Source: Halomicrobium mukohataei DSM 12286 (GTDB lineage: Archaea; Halobacteriota; Halobacteria; Halobacteriales; Haloarculaceae). Taken from it: a stretch of DNA of 32,000 bases. Shown here piece by piece: positions 1-8,738 of the stretch (positions are counted from its first letter, which is position 1; every line of letters starts with the position of its first letter). Where the stretch lies: contig NC_013202.1 of assembly GCF_000023965.1 (NCBI RefSeq), forward strand, positions 1,740,001 to 1,772,000, read 5' to 3'. Under the pieces are notes generated by a model that was not told the origin of the DNA, did no database searches, and saw only the letters and a list, made by a program, of their open reading frames with translations. Both the position numbers and the translations under genes were made by a program.

Positions 1-261
1 GACGACTACGTGGTCAAACCGGTCACGCCGTCCGACCTTCGGACGGTGATCGACCGACTGTTGAAACTAGAAGCGTACGACGACGTCTACCAGACGCTGA
101 GCGAGAAACGCGTCAAGCGGAGCGTCCTCGCGGCCGAACTGTCTCGCACGGAACTCGAACGCAGCGAGGAGTTCGCCGCGCTACAGTCCGAGATTGCCGA
201 TCTCGAAGCCCAACTCGAATCGATCGAGTCGGAGATCGACGACGAGGCCCTCCCGCACTGA
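1..261 (+). CDS. Response regulator, C-terminal part (end of receiver domain plus HalX-like coiled-coil tail). The 5' end lies outside the window.
   Basis: Frame 1 is open from base 1 (DDYVVKPVTPSDLRTVIDRLL..., a typical receiver-domain C-terminus). A heptad-like acidic helix follows (ELERSEEFAALQSEIADLEAQLESIESEI). Stop TGA at 259-261. Confidence 0.6.
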   Translation, partial: DDYVVKPVTPSDLRTVIDRLLKLEAYDDVYQTLSEKRVKRSVLAAELSRTELERSEEFAALQSEIADLEAQLESIESEIDDEALPH

Positions 262-270
262 TCGCGCCGA

Positions 271-1419
271 TCAGGTCGGCGGGCTGGAGATCTCGCCGCT
301 CATGTCGAGTCGGCGGTTGTGGACCGCTTCGCCCGACCGTCCGTCGAAGAGGTGGATCGTCTCTTCGGGAATCGAGACGGTAACACGATCACCGACGGCG
401 GCCTGCTGGAGGCCGTCGATCGTCGCGATGAACGTCTCGCCCTCCGGTGCGCTCTCGAACCGGAGATACACCGTGTTCTCGTCGCCCATCGGCTCCACTA
501 CCTCGACGATCGCCGAGTAGGTGTGGCTGCCCGATTCGTCGGTGCCGACTTCGACGTCCTCGGGGCGGACGCCGAGCGTGACGTTTCGGGTCTCGCCCAC
601 GTCGTCGAGCGTCGACTGAGAGAGGGGATACTCGAACCGCGAACCGACGAGCGTGTCGCCGTCCCGCTCCATGTCGAAGAAGTTCATCGACGGATCGCCG
701 ATGAAGCCGGCGACGAACTGGTTGGCGGGCTCGTGGTAACACTCAAGCGGCGTCGCCACCTGCTGGAGCTTCCCGTCGTTGAGGATGGCGATGCGGTCGC
801 CCATCGTCATGGCCTCGGTCTGGTCGTGGGTGACGTACATCGTCGTCACGTCCAGTTCGGCCTGCAAGCGCTGGAGCTCCGTCCGCATCTGGGAGCGCAG
901 CTTGGCGTCGAGGTTGCTGAGCGGCTCGTCCATCAGGAACACCTCCGGATCTCGGACGATCGCTCGGCCGAGCGCGACGCGCTGTTGCTGGCCACCAGAG
1001 AGCTCCGAGGGTTTGCGATCCAGCAGCTCCGCGATACCCATCGTCTCTGCGGCGTCGTGGACTCGCTCTTCGATCTCGTCGTCCGGGAGCGTCGTCGACT
1101 CCTCCAGGCCGAACGCCATGTTCTCCGCCACGGTCATGTGGGGGTACAGCGCGTACGACTGGAACACCATCGCGATGTCGCGATTCTGGGGTTTCTCGTC
1201 GTTGACGACCCGTCCGTCAAGGCGGATGTTGCCGCTGGTCACCGTCTCCAGCCCGGCGACCATCCGCAGGGTCGTCGACTTGCCACAGCCGGAGGGGCCG
1301 ACGACGACGATGAACTCGCCGTCGTCCATCTGGATGTCGACGTTGTCGACTGCGACGATCTCGCCTTCTTCGCCGTCATGGAACACCTTCGTCAGTCGGT
1401 CGAGTTCGAGCGTTCCCAT
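271..1419 (-). CDS. Sugar ABC transporter ATP-binding protein (MalK/UgpC-like, CUT1 family)
   Basis: 382 aa. Walker A GPSGCGKST, ABC signature LSGGQQQRVALGRA, Walker B VFLMDEPLS, and a C-terminal MalK-type regulatory/OB domain. Last gene of the transporter operon. Confidence 0.93.
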   Translation of the reverse strand: MGTLELDRLTKVFHDGEEGEIVAVDNVDIQMDDGEFIVVVGPSGCGKSTTLRMVAGLETVTSGNIRLDGRVVNDEKPQNRDIAMVFQSYALYPHMTVAENMAFGLEESTTLPDDEIEERVHDAAETMGIAELLDRKPSELSGGQQQRVALGRAIVRDPEVFLMDEPLSNLDAKLRSQMRTELQRLQAELDVTTMYVTHDQTEAMTMGDRIAILNDGKLQQVATPLECYHEPANQFVAGFIGDPSMNFFDMERDGDTLVGSRFEYPLSQSTLDDVGETRNVTLGVRPEDVEVGTDESGSHTYSAIVEVVEPMGDENTVYLRFESAPEGETFIATIDGLQQAAVGDRVTVSIPEETIHLFDGRSGEAVHNRRLDMSGEISSPPT

Positions 1420-1521
1420 CCTACCGCCCCCCGGAAGCGACGGTACAGTTCTCGTGCGATACGTCTCGTCGACTGTGTGACTGATGTCGAATCATGAGTT
1501 CCTGCTGGCTGGTGCGTCCGG

Positions 1522-2466
1522 TCATGTCGCCACCCCTTCGGCGAACTCCTCGCCGAACATGATGTACACCGCGAGCGTCGGCAAGGCGGCGATGAACGCA
1601 CCCGCCATCCGAAGCGCGAAGTCCTGTCCTTCGAGTGACTGTCCCAGGCCCGCGAGGATCAGCACGATCGGTGCGGCCGTACTGGACTCGGTCTGGACCA
1701 ACACGAGCGTGAACAGCAAGTCGTTCCAGATCTGGGTGAACTGATAGATCAGAACGACGGCGAACATCGGTCCCGACAGCGGGAGGACGATCCGGCGATA
1801 GACGCGCCGGATCGACGCGCCGTCGAGCCGTGCCGCTTCGATCATCTCCTCGCTCATGTTCTTGTAGTACGATCGGAACAGCACCGTACAGATCGGGAGC
1901 CCGTAGGCGACGTGTGTGACGATGAGCTCGACGACGCCGGTGTAGTCCGAGCTGATCCCGAGTGCCCACACGAAGCCGAGTGCCTCCTGCAGTGGTATCA
2001 TCGACCAGAACTGCGAGAGCGGCACGAGCACGGCCTGGTAGGGGATGAAGATCCCCGCGACGAACAGCGCGAGGATCGGTGCCTTGTACTTGGGCTTCCA
2101 GTTCGACTGCGTGATTCCGTAGGCCGCGAAGCTGCCCAGCAGCGCGGAGATGACTGTCGCCGGCACCGCGTACAGCGCGCTGTTGACGAGCCCGCGCGCG
2201 AGCGCGTCGAACGCGGTCTGCCACTTCGCGAGCGTGAACACCTCCGGGGTCGGCGGTGCGAACGGGAGCGTCCCGCTGACGCCGGTGCTGGTCTTGAACG
2301 AGGTGACCAGTCCCGATTCGATCGGGATCAGGAAGAACGCCAGGATCGTGAGCAGGCCGAGGTACAGCGCGACGCGGTAGGCGTCGATCTCCGCGAGCAG
2401 TCCCGCTGGCTGGTCCGATCCCGCCGCCGATACAGCGCCACCGTCCGTCCGTGTCTCGTCGCTCAT
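1522..2466 (-). CDS. Carbohydrate ABC transporter permease (MalG-like)
   Basis: 314 aa, multi-pass hydrophobic. EAA loop EAARLDGASIRRVYRRIVLPLSGP. Overlaps the upstream permease gene by 4 nt. Confidence 0.9.
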   Translation of the reverse strand: MSDETRTDGGAVSAAGSDQPAGLLAEIDAYRVALYLGLLTILAFFLIPIESGLVTSFKTSTGVSGTLPFAPPTPEVFTLAKWQTAFDALARGLVNSALYAVPATVISALLGSFAAYGITQSNWKPKYKAPILALFVAGIFIPYQAVLVPLSQFWSMIPLQEALGFVWALGISSDYTGVVELIVTHVAYGLPICTVLFRSYYKNMSEEMIEAARLDGASIRRVYRRIVLPLSGPMFAVVLIYQFTQIWNDLLFTLVLVQTESSTAAPIVLILAGLGQSLEGQDFALRMAGAFIAALPTLAVYIMFGEEFAEGVAT

Positions 2467-3461
2467 AGGTGTCCCTCCTTGTACTGGTAGTAGAGGTACG
2501 GGCCGACGATGCTCAGTGCCATCAGGAACAGCATGATCGCGATCGCCGACGAGTACGCCCAGTTGAGGTTCGCGTACGCCTCACGGACCATCTTCGTCGC
2601 GAGGATGTCGGCCCCGTTCGGTGGTCGGTAACCGCCGACCAGCGAGTACAGGAAGTCGAAGGCCTTCAGCGCGAACACCATCAGGACGACCGAGGCGCTG
2701 ATCGTCGATCCCTTCAGCTGTGGGATGATGACGCGCCAGTACATCCGCAGCGTCGACGCGCCGTCGACCTTGGCCGCCTCGTAGTGCTCGTCCGGAATCG
2801 CGCGCAACCCGGCGAGGTAGACGACCATCGCATAGCCGGCGAACTGCCACATCAGCGCGAACACGACCGCCCAGAGAACGATATTCGGGCTACCGATCCA
2901 GTCGACTCGGTCGAGGCCGACCGACGTGAGCACGATGTTGATGACGCCGTTGTTGAAGTTGTACATCCACGCCCAGAACTGGGCGGTCACCACGAACGAG
3001 AGGCTCATCGGGAGCAGGTAGATCGTCCGGAAGGTGTTCTCGAATCGGATGTTCCGGTCGATCAGGATCGCGAGCCCGAGCCCGATCGCCAGCGTCACGA
3101 GCGTGAACCCGATCAGGAGAACGAACGTGTTGACCGCGGCGTCGACGAAGCCGCTGTCGCTCAGCGCTCGGGCGTACATCTCCAGGTCCAGATCGCTGTA
3201 GTCCGGCGTTCCGAACCCCCGGAAGTCCGTCAGCGAGATCATGACGTTCCAGATGATCGCGCCGTAGACGAACAGCCCCACCAGCAGGAACGGCGGGAGC
3301 CAGAACTGCGAGGACTCGACGAAGTCGCTACCGAACCGCTCGTTCAGCCTGGTGATCGGCCCGAATCCGGTCTGCCGTTGTTCTTCGACGACCCCGCCGT
3401 CGGTGACTGCGTCGCCACTCTCCTCGGTGTCGTCGTTATGCGATGCCATGTCTCTCACCAC
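2463..3461 (-). CDS. Carbohydrate ABC transporter permease (MalF-like)
   Basis: 332 aa, six predicted hydrophobic segments. EAA loop EAAKVDGASTLRMYWRVIIPQLKG. Confidence 0.9.
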   Translation of the reverse strand: MVRDMASHNDDTEESGDAVTDGGVVEEQRQTGFGPITRLNERFGSDFVESSQFWLPPFLLVGLFVYGAIIWNVMISLTDFRGFGTPDYSDLDLEMYARALSDSGFVDAAVNTFVLLIGFTLVTLAIGLGLAILIDRNIRFENTFRTIYLLPMSLSFVVTAQFWAWMYNFNNGVINIVLTSVGLDRVDWIGSPNIVLWAVVFALMWQFAGYAMVVYLAGLRAIPDEHYEAAKVDGASTLRMYWRVIIPQLKGSTISASVVLMVFALKAFDFLYSLVGGYRPPNGADILATKMVREAYANLNWAYSSAIAIMLFLMALSIVGPYLYYQYKEGHL

Positions 3462-3502
3462 CTGTCGAAACCGCCGAAATCCGGTCGCTCATTGGACCGG
3501 AA

Positions 3503-4852
3503 TCAGTTGGAGACCGCGTCGATGAAGCCGCTGGTCGCCGCCTCGACGTTGTACGGTCCCGAGAACTCGCTGGAGATCACGTCGTTCAGCGTCGACATCG
3601 TCTCGGAGTCGACACCCAGACCGTGCTGGAGGTTCGGGGGCCGCTCCTCGGCGTTGGCGAAGTCCTCCTGGGTCTCCTGAAGGTACGGACCGAACGCGCT
3701 CATGTCCACGTCCGTCCGGGTCGGGATCGATCCCTTGTACTGGTTGAACGCGACCTGTGCGGCCTCGCTCCCGACGAAGGCCATGAACTTGTCCGTCTTC
3801 TCCGGGGTCGGGTTGTTCGACGGGTAGAGGAACGAGTCGAAGTGGAGCATGTACATCCCCTCGGAGCCGGGGTACGTCTTGAAGCCCCAGTCCTCGTCGT
3901 ACTCGAAGTCCTCGGCGTTACGGAAGGCACCGGCCGCCCAGTTGCCCTGGTGGATGAAGGCGGCGTTGCCCTCGATGATGTTCTGGTTGGACTCCGTCAG
4001 ACCGATCGAGGACGCGTCGTCGTTGATGTAGTTCTCGAGGATCTCGGCGACCGACTCGAAGGCCGACTGGACGGCGGCCTCGTCGGGACTGCCCTCGATG
4101 AAGTTCATGTAGGCGTCGTATCCTTCCTTACCGAGCATGGTCGACGCCCACAGCTGCGTCGTCGTCCAGGTCCCGCTCATACCGTGGGTCATCGGCACCG
4201 CGTCGGTCTCGGTCGCGACCGTCTCCAGTGCGTCGATCAGGGCCGAGACGCTGGTCAGCGAATCGGGATCGACGCCCGCCTCCTCGACGACCGAGGTGTT
4301 GTAGAACAGGCAGTTCAGTCGGTGGGAACCCAGCGGGACGGCTCGGAACGCACCGTTGTACTGGTGGAGATCGACTGCCTCCTGGACCATCACGTCCTCG
4401 AAGCCCTCTTCGTCCCACACGCTGTCGGCCTCGCCCAGCACGCCCTCGTAGCGCTGGAGGTTCTTGCCGGGCCAGTTGGCGAAGGAACTCGGCGGGTTGT
4501 TGTTCTGCAGCCGATTGGCGACGACTGCGTCGAGGTTCTGGTTCCCGCCCCCACCGATGGGGTTGAACTCGTGTTCCATGTCGGGGTACTCCTCTTCGAA
4601 CGCCTCGACGAGTGCTTCGGCCGCTGCTGCACCGTCGCCGCCGGTCCAGCCGTGAAGCACTTCGAGTGGGTCCCCGCTGCTGTCGCCGCCGTCACTGCCG
4701 TCACTGCCGTCGGTGTTCTCACTGCCGCCGTCGCCGCCGTCGCCGCCGTCACCACCGCCGTCCCCGCTACAGCCAGCGAGGCCGATCAGTGTTGCCGCTC
4801 CTGTCGCTTCAACGAACCGCCGCCGCGAAAGTCGGTCACTATCGTCAGTCAT
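3503..4852 (-). CDS. ABC transporter extracellular solute-binding lipoprotein (family 1, sugar-type) with a Tat signal
   Basis: Twin-arginine motif and lipobox SRRRFVEATGAATLIGLAGCSG, then a G/D/S-rich linker and a roughly 400 aa SBP domain. I prefer the ATG at 4852 (MTDDSDRLSRRRF) because an AT-rich TATA-like box lies at 4884-4893. The longest ORF starts at 4885. Confidence 0.85.
   Translation of the reverse strand: MTDDSDRLSRRRFVEATGAATLIGLAGCSGDGGGDGGDGGDGGSENTDGSDGSDGGDSSGDPLEVLHGWTGGDGAAAAEALVEAFEEEYPDMEHEFNPIGGGGNQNLDAVVANRLQNNNPPSSFANWPGKNLQRYEGVLGEADSVWDEEGFEDVMVQEAVDLHQYNGAFRAVPLGSHRLNCLFYNTSVVEEAGVDPDSLTSVSALIDALETVATETDAVPMTHGMSGTWTTTQLWASTMLGKEGYDAYMNFIEGSPDEAAVQSAFESVAEILENYINDDASSIGLTESNQNIIEGNAAFIHQGNWAAGAFRNAEDFEYDEDWGFKTYPGSEGMYMLHFDSFLYPSNNPTPEKTDKFMAFVGSEAAQVAFNQYKGSIPTRTDVDMSAFGPYLQETQEDFANAEERPPNLQHGLGVDSETMSTLNDVISSEFSGPYNVEAATSGFIDAVSN
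4682..4765. repeat. Short tandem 9-nt repeats (gccgccgtc x3, gtcactgcc x2) encoding the Gly/Asp/Ser linker of the lipoprotein
   Basis: Read directly: gccgccgtc at 4724-4732, 4733-4741 and 4742-4750; gtcactgcc at 4691-4699 and 4700-4708. On the minus strand these encode GDGGGDGGDGGDGGSENTDGSDGSDGG. Confidence 0.7.
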
Positions 4853-4883
4853 GGTACTCCATGGTAGGGAATGATCGATTGCC

Positions 4884-4893
4884 ATATATATTT
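4884..4893 (-). promoter_or_regulatory. Candidate TATA box for the ABC transporter operon
   Basis: atatatattt lies in the only AT-rich stretch (4886-4960) of the divergent spacer, about 35 nt upstream of the ATG at 4852. This fits a short or absent leader. Confidence 0.4.
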
Positions 4894-5032
4894 GTCCCTC
4901 TGAGCGAAACCATTCTTACTGAAATTTTCTCACTTAGTTCTGTTTACTATAGCGAACAAACTGTGTGTCGACAGCCGACCAGAACGATCGAAGACCGATG
5001 GGCATACGGCGGTCCACACGGTGGTCGTACCC

Positions 5033-5692
5033 ATGCGCCCTTCGACGACCGCCGCAACGTACCCCATCGCTGGCGACGCGCGTGAGCGGCCGCTGCTCGC
5101 CGTGTGGCTGTCGCTCGCTCTCTCGTTCGTCGTCCCAGCCGTCCCACTGCTCCCGGTCGTCGGCTACGTCGTCCGTGTCCTGACGGCCAGCGAACGGGGT
5201 GACTCTCTTCCCCCGTTTCTCGCGGACGGTCGAACCCTCCTCCGGCAGTCCGTCGGCGGGTCGATCCTCTGTCTGTTCTTCCTCGGGTTGCCCCTCGCCG
5301 CCCTGCTCGTGACGGTGTACGGCGTCGTCACGCTGGACGCCAGCGCGGGCGACCTTCCGACCGGTCGCATCCTCGCCGGTTCGACGGCGACGCTGTTTAT
5401 CGGCCTGCTGGGGCTCTACTTGCTCCCGATCGCGCTGACGGTGTACGGACAGACGGGGTCGCTCCGGCAGGCGTTCTCGATCGAGTCGTTTCGGTCGATC
5501 GGCGGCCACGGCGCGTACTTCTTCGGCTGGACGCTCGGGTTCGTCGCGCTCACCGTCACGCTCGGCATCGGAGGCTCGCTCCTCACGTTCTCCCGCGTCG
5601 GGCCCCTCGTCGGGACGTTCGTCTTCGCCTACGGATTCCTCGTCGCCGCGTACCTGTGGGGGCGTGCGATCGCCCGTGCGCGCCGACGCTGA
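5033..5692 (+). CDS. DUF4013-like integral membrane protein
   Basis: N-terminal YP..G motif, then several hydrophobic helices (LLAVWLSLALSFVVPAVPLLPVVGYVVRVL...). High third-position GC. An alternative GTG start lies at 5021. Confidence 0.7.
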   Translation: MRPSTTAATYPIAGDARERPLLAVWLSLALSFVVPAVPLLPVVGYVVRVLTASERGDSLPPFLADGRTLLRQSVGGSILCLFFLGLPLAALLVTVYGVVTLDASAGDLPTGRILAGSTATLFIGLLGLYLLPIALTVYGQTGSLRQAFSIESFRSIGGHGAYFFGWTLGFVALTVTLGIGGSLLTFSRVGPLVGTFVFAYGFLVAAYLWGRAIARARRR

Positions 5693-6016
5693 TCGCCGAC
5701 ACGCGACGACGAGGAATTTCTATATGGTGAACGATGCTCCAGGTCGACGGTGTCACGGCCCCGCTCTCGGGGTCGCCCGAGGACGGACGCGTCCTGCCGA
5801 ACCGACTCTCTTCGACGCGGAGGTCCCCACCGGAGCTACGGACGATCACGGATGCTCATCGTCGGTGATCTCCACGCACGTCCGCGGGTCCCACGCCACG
5901 GGCACTCGCCGGCTACGCCCGTGCGACGTACGAAGAGCCATTCACACTCGAAGGACGAGCTGCGATGTCTCCCTTTCGAGAGACGAGCACACGGTACGCA
6001 GTGCTCGTCGCAGGGA

Positions 6017-6036
6017 TGCGGTGGGAGATTTGAACC
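6017..6036 (-). other. Degenerate copy of the 3' end (acceptor 3' strand plus T-arm) of the adjacent tRNA-Gly
   Basis: tgcggtgggAGatttgaacc versus tgcggtgggGGGGatttgaacc at 6133-6154. The first 9 nt and last 9 nt are identical, with a 2-nt deletion in between. There is no matching 5' acceptor strand, so it is not a functional tRNA. Confidence 0.55.
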
Positions 6037-6098
6037 TGAAGCAGACGTGCTCACTTCGTTGCGCGCGACTGCTGTGGTTCAAATCCCTCGTACCGATA

Positions 6099-6132
6099 TT
6101 TGCCGCTCGCGAGTTCGCTCGCGGCAAAAGTA
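6099..6132 (-). terminator. Candidate tRNA-Gly terminator (oligo-T plus 8-bp hairpin)
   Basis: On the minus strand, directly after the tRNA 3' end, the sequence reads TACTTTTGCCGC...GCGGCAAA. tttgccgc (6099-6106) pairs with gcggcaaa (6121-6128). Confidence 0.4.
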
Positions 6133-6203
6133 TGCGGTGGGGGGGATTTGAACCCCCGTTAGGACCGTGGCAGGGTCCTGTGATACCACTACACTACCAC
6201 CGC
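6133..6203 (-). tRNA. tRNA-Gly (anticodon GCC)
   Basis: Reverse complement: GCGGTGGTAGTGTAGTGGTATCACAGGACCCTGCCACGGTCCTAACGGGGGTTCAAATCCCCCCCACCGCA. Acceptor stem GCGGTGG/CCACCGC, anticodon arm GGACC-CTGCCAC-GGTCC, T-arm GGGGG-TTCAAAT-CCCCC. CCA is not encoded. Confidence 0.93.
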
Positions 6204-6237
6204 GGGTGAGTGCATTTTGATGTGGCGAGGGTGAAGG

Positions 6238-6244
6238 ATAAAAG
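6238..6244 (-). promoter_or_regulatory. Candidate TATA box for tRNA-Gly
   Basis: The minus strand reads CTTTTAT, about 35 nt upstream of the tRNA 5' end. Confidence 0.35.
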
Positions 6245-6318
6245 GCTTCCGAATTGGAGCCATAACCGTGGGAGGGCGACCCGAACGATACCCTCACACA
6301 CCGGGGTCCCGTCTCGCG

Positions 6319-6627
6319 TTACGGGCTCCCGCCGACGACGAGCCACTGGTAGGTGAGACTGCCGATGCCGAGCATCACTATTCCCATGATGACGGTGCCG
6401 ATAGCTATCCCCAGATTGAGGACACGGTACGGCAGGGCGTGGTCGCGCTCGAAGTCCTCTCGCTCGTAGATTTTCCTGAGCCCGACGACGCAGACGAAGA
6501 CCACGACCAGCGCATTGATGACGAGAAAGTTGTCCCACATTCCCGCGATCACGAGGTTGGCGAGAATCGTGAGGCTCCCCAGCAGTGCCAACCCACCGCC
6601 GAGGAGGTAGAGTTGTCGCGTCAGCAC
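6319..6627 (-). CDS. Small hypothetical membrane protein (about 102 aa, three hydrophobic segments)
   Basis: Strong third-position G/C bias in this frame. Hydrophobic helices LLGGGLALLGSLTILANLVIAG, LVINALVVVFVCVVGL and LGIAIGTVIMGIVMLGIG. GTG start. No family recognised. Confidence 0.6.
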   Translation of the reverse strand: MLTRQLYLLGGGLALLGSLTILANLVIAGMWDNFLVINALVVVFVCVVGLRKIYEREDFERDHALPYRVLNLGIAIGTVIMGIVMLGIGSLTYQWLVVGGSP

Positions 6628-6652
6628 GTGTCACAGTACCGATGGTGCCCGG

Positions 6653-6658
6653 ATATAT
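6653..6658 (-). promoter_or_regulatory. Candidate TATA box for the small membrane-protein gene (near-leaderless)
   Basis: atatat is centred about 29 nt upstream of the GTG at 6627. Confidence 0.35.
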
Positions 6659-6802
6659 CCACCGTCGGAGCGTCCGTGGCGACAGCTGTCTGATCCCGCT
6701 CCAGTCCTTCCCAGTCGCATGGAACGTAGTCACGTGGAATCGCCAGGTAACGACCATCTAGGGCCGTGTGAACGCTTCTCATCGCGCGCGTGAAGCGGAC
6801 TC

Positions 6803-6809
6803 TTTTTAA
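6803..6809 (+). promoter_or_regulatory. Candidate TATA box of the ribosomal super-operon
   Basis: tttttaa lies in an otherwise GC-rich spacer, about 60 nt upstream of the ATG at 6867. Confidence 0.45.
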
Positions 6810-6866
6810 GGATGGCTGGGGGATGTATCGGCACAGTCTAGTGGCGCGACGTGGAAGCGTTCCGGT

Positions 6867-7715
6867 ATGACGACTAGCGTACTCGTGCCGTCTTCCCTCG
6901 TCCGGGAAGCCGAGGACAGACGCGAGGCGACTCGCAAGCTGGGATACGTGGCCCGCGCGGCCGTCGTGTTCCGGGTCGATCGGCTGACGATCTTCCCCGA
7001 TCCAGCGGGAGCGGGGAAGTGGGAAGACGGGTTCGTCGAAACCGTCTTGCGGTACGCCGCGACGCCGCCGTACCTCCGAAAGGAGGTCTGGGGCAAGCGG
7101 GACGAACTGGAGTACGTCGGCGTCTTACCGCCGCTCCGCGTCCGTTCACAGACCGGCTCCGGATCTGAGGGTTCGGGGTCGTTAAGACAGGGAATCGTGA
7201 CCGAGGTCGGAGCTGATGGGCGCGTTCGGGTCAATTGCGGACTGCAACACCCGATCTCTCTCCCGGTACCTTCCGCGATGGAAGTGCCCGGCGAGGGGGA
7301 GCGCGTCACCGTCAGGGTCTCTTCGCGACGGCCAGTCCGCGCAAAGCTCGTCGACGAGCCCCTCACCGGGTACGTCGTCGACACCGCGGACGTGGATACG
7401 GCACTCGAACGGTCCGACGCCGGGTTCGCCATCGCCGCATCGCGGCATGGTGAGGAACTCGGCGTCGACCGGCTCGGCCAACTGGTCGAGCGCCGGGACG
7501 ACGCGGGCCACATGACAGTGGCCTTCGGCGCTCCGGAGCGCGGGTTGCCAGCGATATTCGGATTGGACCCGGACGACGCCGTCCCAGACGGCACAGGTGA
7601 CGACGACGCCGGGTTCGACCTTTGGCTGAATACGGTTCCAAACCAGGGAAGCGAGGTCGTGCGAACCGAAGAAGCGATGTTCGCCACTCTCGCTTCGCTG
7701 ACCCTCACGGAGTAG
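6867..7715 (+). CDS. Putative SPOUT-class RNA methyltransferase (Methyltrn_RNA_3 / C9orf114-like) with an inserted OB-fold
   Basis: 282 aa. Conserved position immediately upstream of rpl3 in archaeal S10 operons. N-terminal SVLVPSSL..REA...KLGYVARAAVVFRVD, a central beta-rich insert (GIVTEVGADGRVRVNCG...GERVTVRV), and C-terminal NTVPNQGSEVVRTEEAMFATLA. The stop lies 3 nt before the rpl3 ATG. Confidence 0.7.
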   Translation: MTTSVLVPSSLVREAEDRREATRKLGYVARAAVVFRVDRLTIFPDPAGAGKWEDGFVETVLRYAATPPYLRKEVWGKRDELEYVGVLPPLRVRSQTGSGSEGSGSLRQGIVTEVGADGRVRVNCGLQHPISLPVPSAMEVPGEGERVTVRVSSRRPVRAKLVDEPLTGYVVDTADVDTALERSDAGFAIAASRHGEELGVDRLGQLVERRDDAGHMTVAFGAPERGLPAIFGLDPDDAVPDGTGDDDAGFDLWLNTVPNQGSEVVRTEEAMFATLASLTLTE

Positions 7716-7718
7716 ACC

Positions 7719-8735
7719 ATGCCACAACCAAGCAGACCACGCAAAGGCTCGCTGGGCTACGGCCCGCGTACGCGAGCGGCGAACGAAACGCCGCGCTTCA
7801 ACAGCTGGCCGTCCGACGACGGCCAGGCTGGTCTCCAGGGGTTCGCCGGCTACAAGGCGGGAATGACACACGTCACTCTCGTCAACGACGAACCCAACTC
7901 CCCACGCGAGGGGATGGAAGAGACCGTCCCGGTGACGGTCGTGGAGACGCCGCCAGTGCGCGCCGTGGCAGTCCGAGCCTACGAAGACACGCCGTACGGC
8001 AAGCGTCCGCTCACGGAGGTCTGGACCGACGAGTTCCACTCGGAACTCGATCGCGCTCTGGACCTTCCCGAGGGCCACGACGCCGATGCCGCAGAGGAAC
8101 AGGTACGCGACGCACTCGACGCCGGTGACATCGCGGACGTGCGCGTCGTCACGCACACGGTCCCCGACGAACTGGCCAACGTGCCAAAGAAAAAGCCCGA
8201 CGTGATGGAGACGCGAGTCGGCGGTGGCTCGCTGAGCGACCGATTCGAGCACGCGCTCGAACTGGTCGACGACGGCGGCGAACACGCCATGAACGACGTG
8301 TTCCGCGCCGGTGAGTACGCCGACATCGCGGCCGTCACCAAGGGGAAAGGCACCCAGGGCCCCGTCAAGCGATGGGGCGTCCAGAAGCGGAAGGGCAAGC
8401 ACGCCCGCCAGGGCTGGCGACGACGGATCGGCAACCTCGGTCCGTGGAACCCCTCCCGGGTCCGCTCGACGGTGCCCCAGCAGGGCCAGACCGGCTACCA
8501 CCAGCGAACCGAGCTCAACAAGCGCCTCATCGATATCGGCGACGGCGACGACGCCAGCGTCGACGGCGGCTTCGTCAACTACGGCGAAGTCGACGGGCCG
8601 TACACGCTCGTCAAGGGCTCGGTTCCCGGTCCGGACCAGCGCCTCGTGCGCTTCCGACCGGCAGTGCGTCCGAACGACCAGCCGCGCCTCGACCCAGAGG
8701 TGCGCTTCGTCTCGACGCAGTCGAATCAGGGATAA
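7719..8735 (+). CDS. rpl3: 50S ribosomal protein uL3
   Basis: 338 aa. PRKGSLGYGPRTRA..., GYKAGMTHV and KGKGTQGPVKRWG motifs. First ribosomal gene of the S10-like block. Confidence 0.97.
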   Translation: MPQPSRPRKGSLGYGPRTRAANETPRFNSWPSDDGQAGLQGFAGYKAGMTHVTLVNDEPNSPREGMEETVPVTVVETPPVRAVAVRAYEDTPYGKRPLTEVWTDEFHSELDRALDLPEGHDADAAEEQVRDALDAGDIADVRVVTHTVPDELANVPKKKPDVMETRVGGGSLSDRFEHALELVDDGGEHAMNDVFRAGEYADIAAVTKGKGTQGPVKRWGVQKRKGKHARQGWRRRIGNLGPWNPSRVRSTVPQQGQTGYHQRTELNKRLIDIGDGDDASVDGGFVNYGEVDGPYTLVKGSVPGPDQRLVRFRPAVRPNDQPRLDPEVRFVSTQSNQG

Positions 8736-8738
8736 CAC

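Noticed and set aside
319-1497. 392-aa plus-strand ORF opposite the ABC ATPase. Similar antisense or off-frame ORFs occur at 2469-3680, 3443-4867, 11189-12034, 11953-12912, 15881-16444, 16156-17160, 18067-18786, 18393-19199, 19217-19894, 22696-24234, 24108-25415, 27204-27911, 27668-28522 and 30277-31752.
   Set aside because: All overlap genes with clear family motifs on the other strand or in another frame. Their translations are low-complexity and R/G/P/A/V-rich, the signature of GC-driven spurious ORFs.
4682-4765. Tandem short repeats as a possible CRISPR or minisatellite locus
   Set aside because: The units are 9 nt, in frame, and encode the Gly/Asp/Ser linker that follows the lipobox cysteine in haloarchaeal lipoproteins. 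There is no spacer-repeat architecture.
6017-6095. A second tRNA gene next to tRNA-Gly
   Set aside because: Only the 3' acceptor strand and a damaged T-arm are present. There is no complementary 5' acceptor strand, D-arm or anticodon arm, and the 2-nt deletion breaks the T-stem. I treat it as a fragment.
5664-6209. 181-aa and 133-aa plus-strand ORFs (5664-6209, 5750-6151) in the spacer upstream of tRNA-Gly
   Set aside because: They run through the tRNA fragment and into the tRNA-Gly gene itself. The products are Arg/Ser/His-rich with no domain and weak third-position bias. This is more likely non-coding or decayed sequence.
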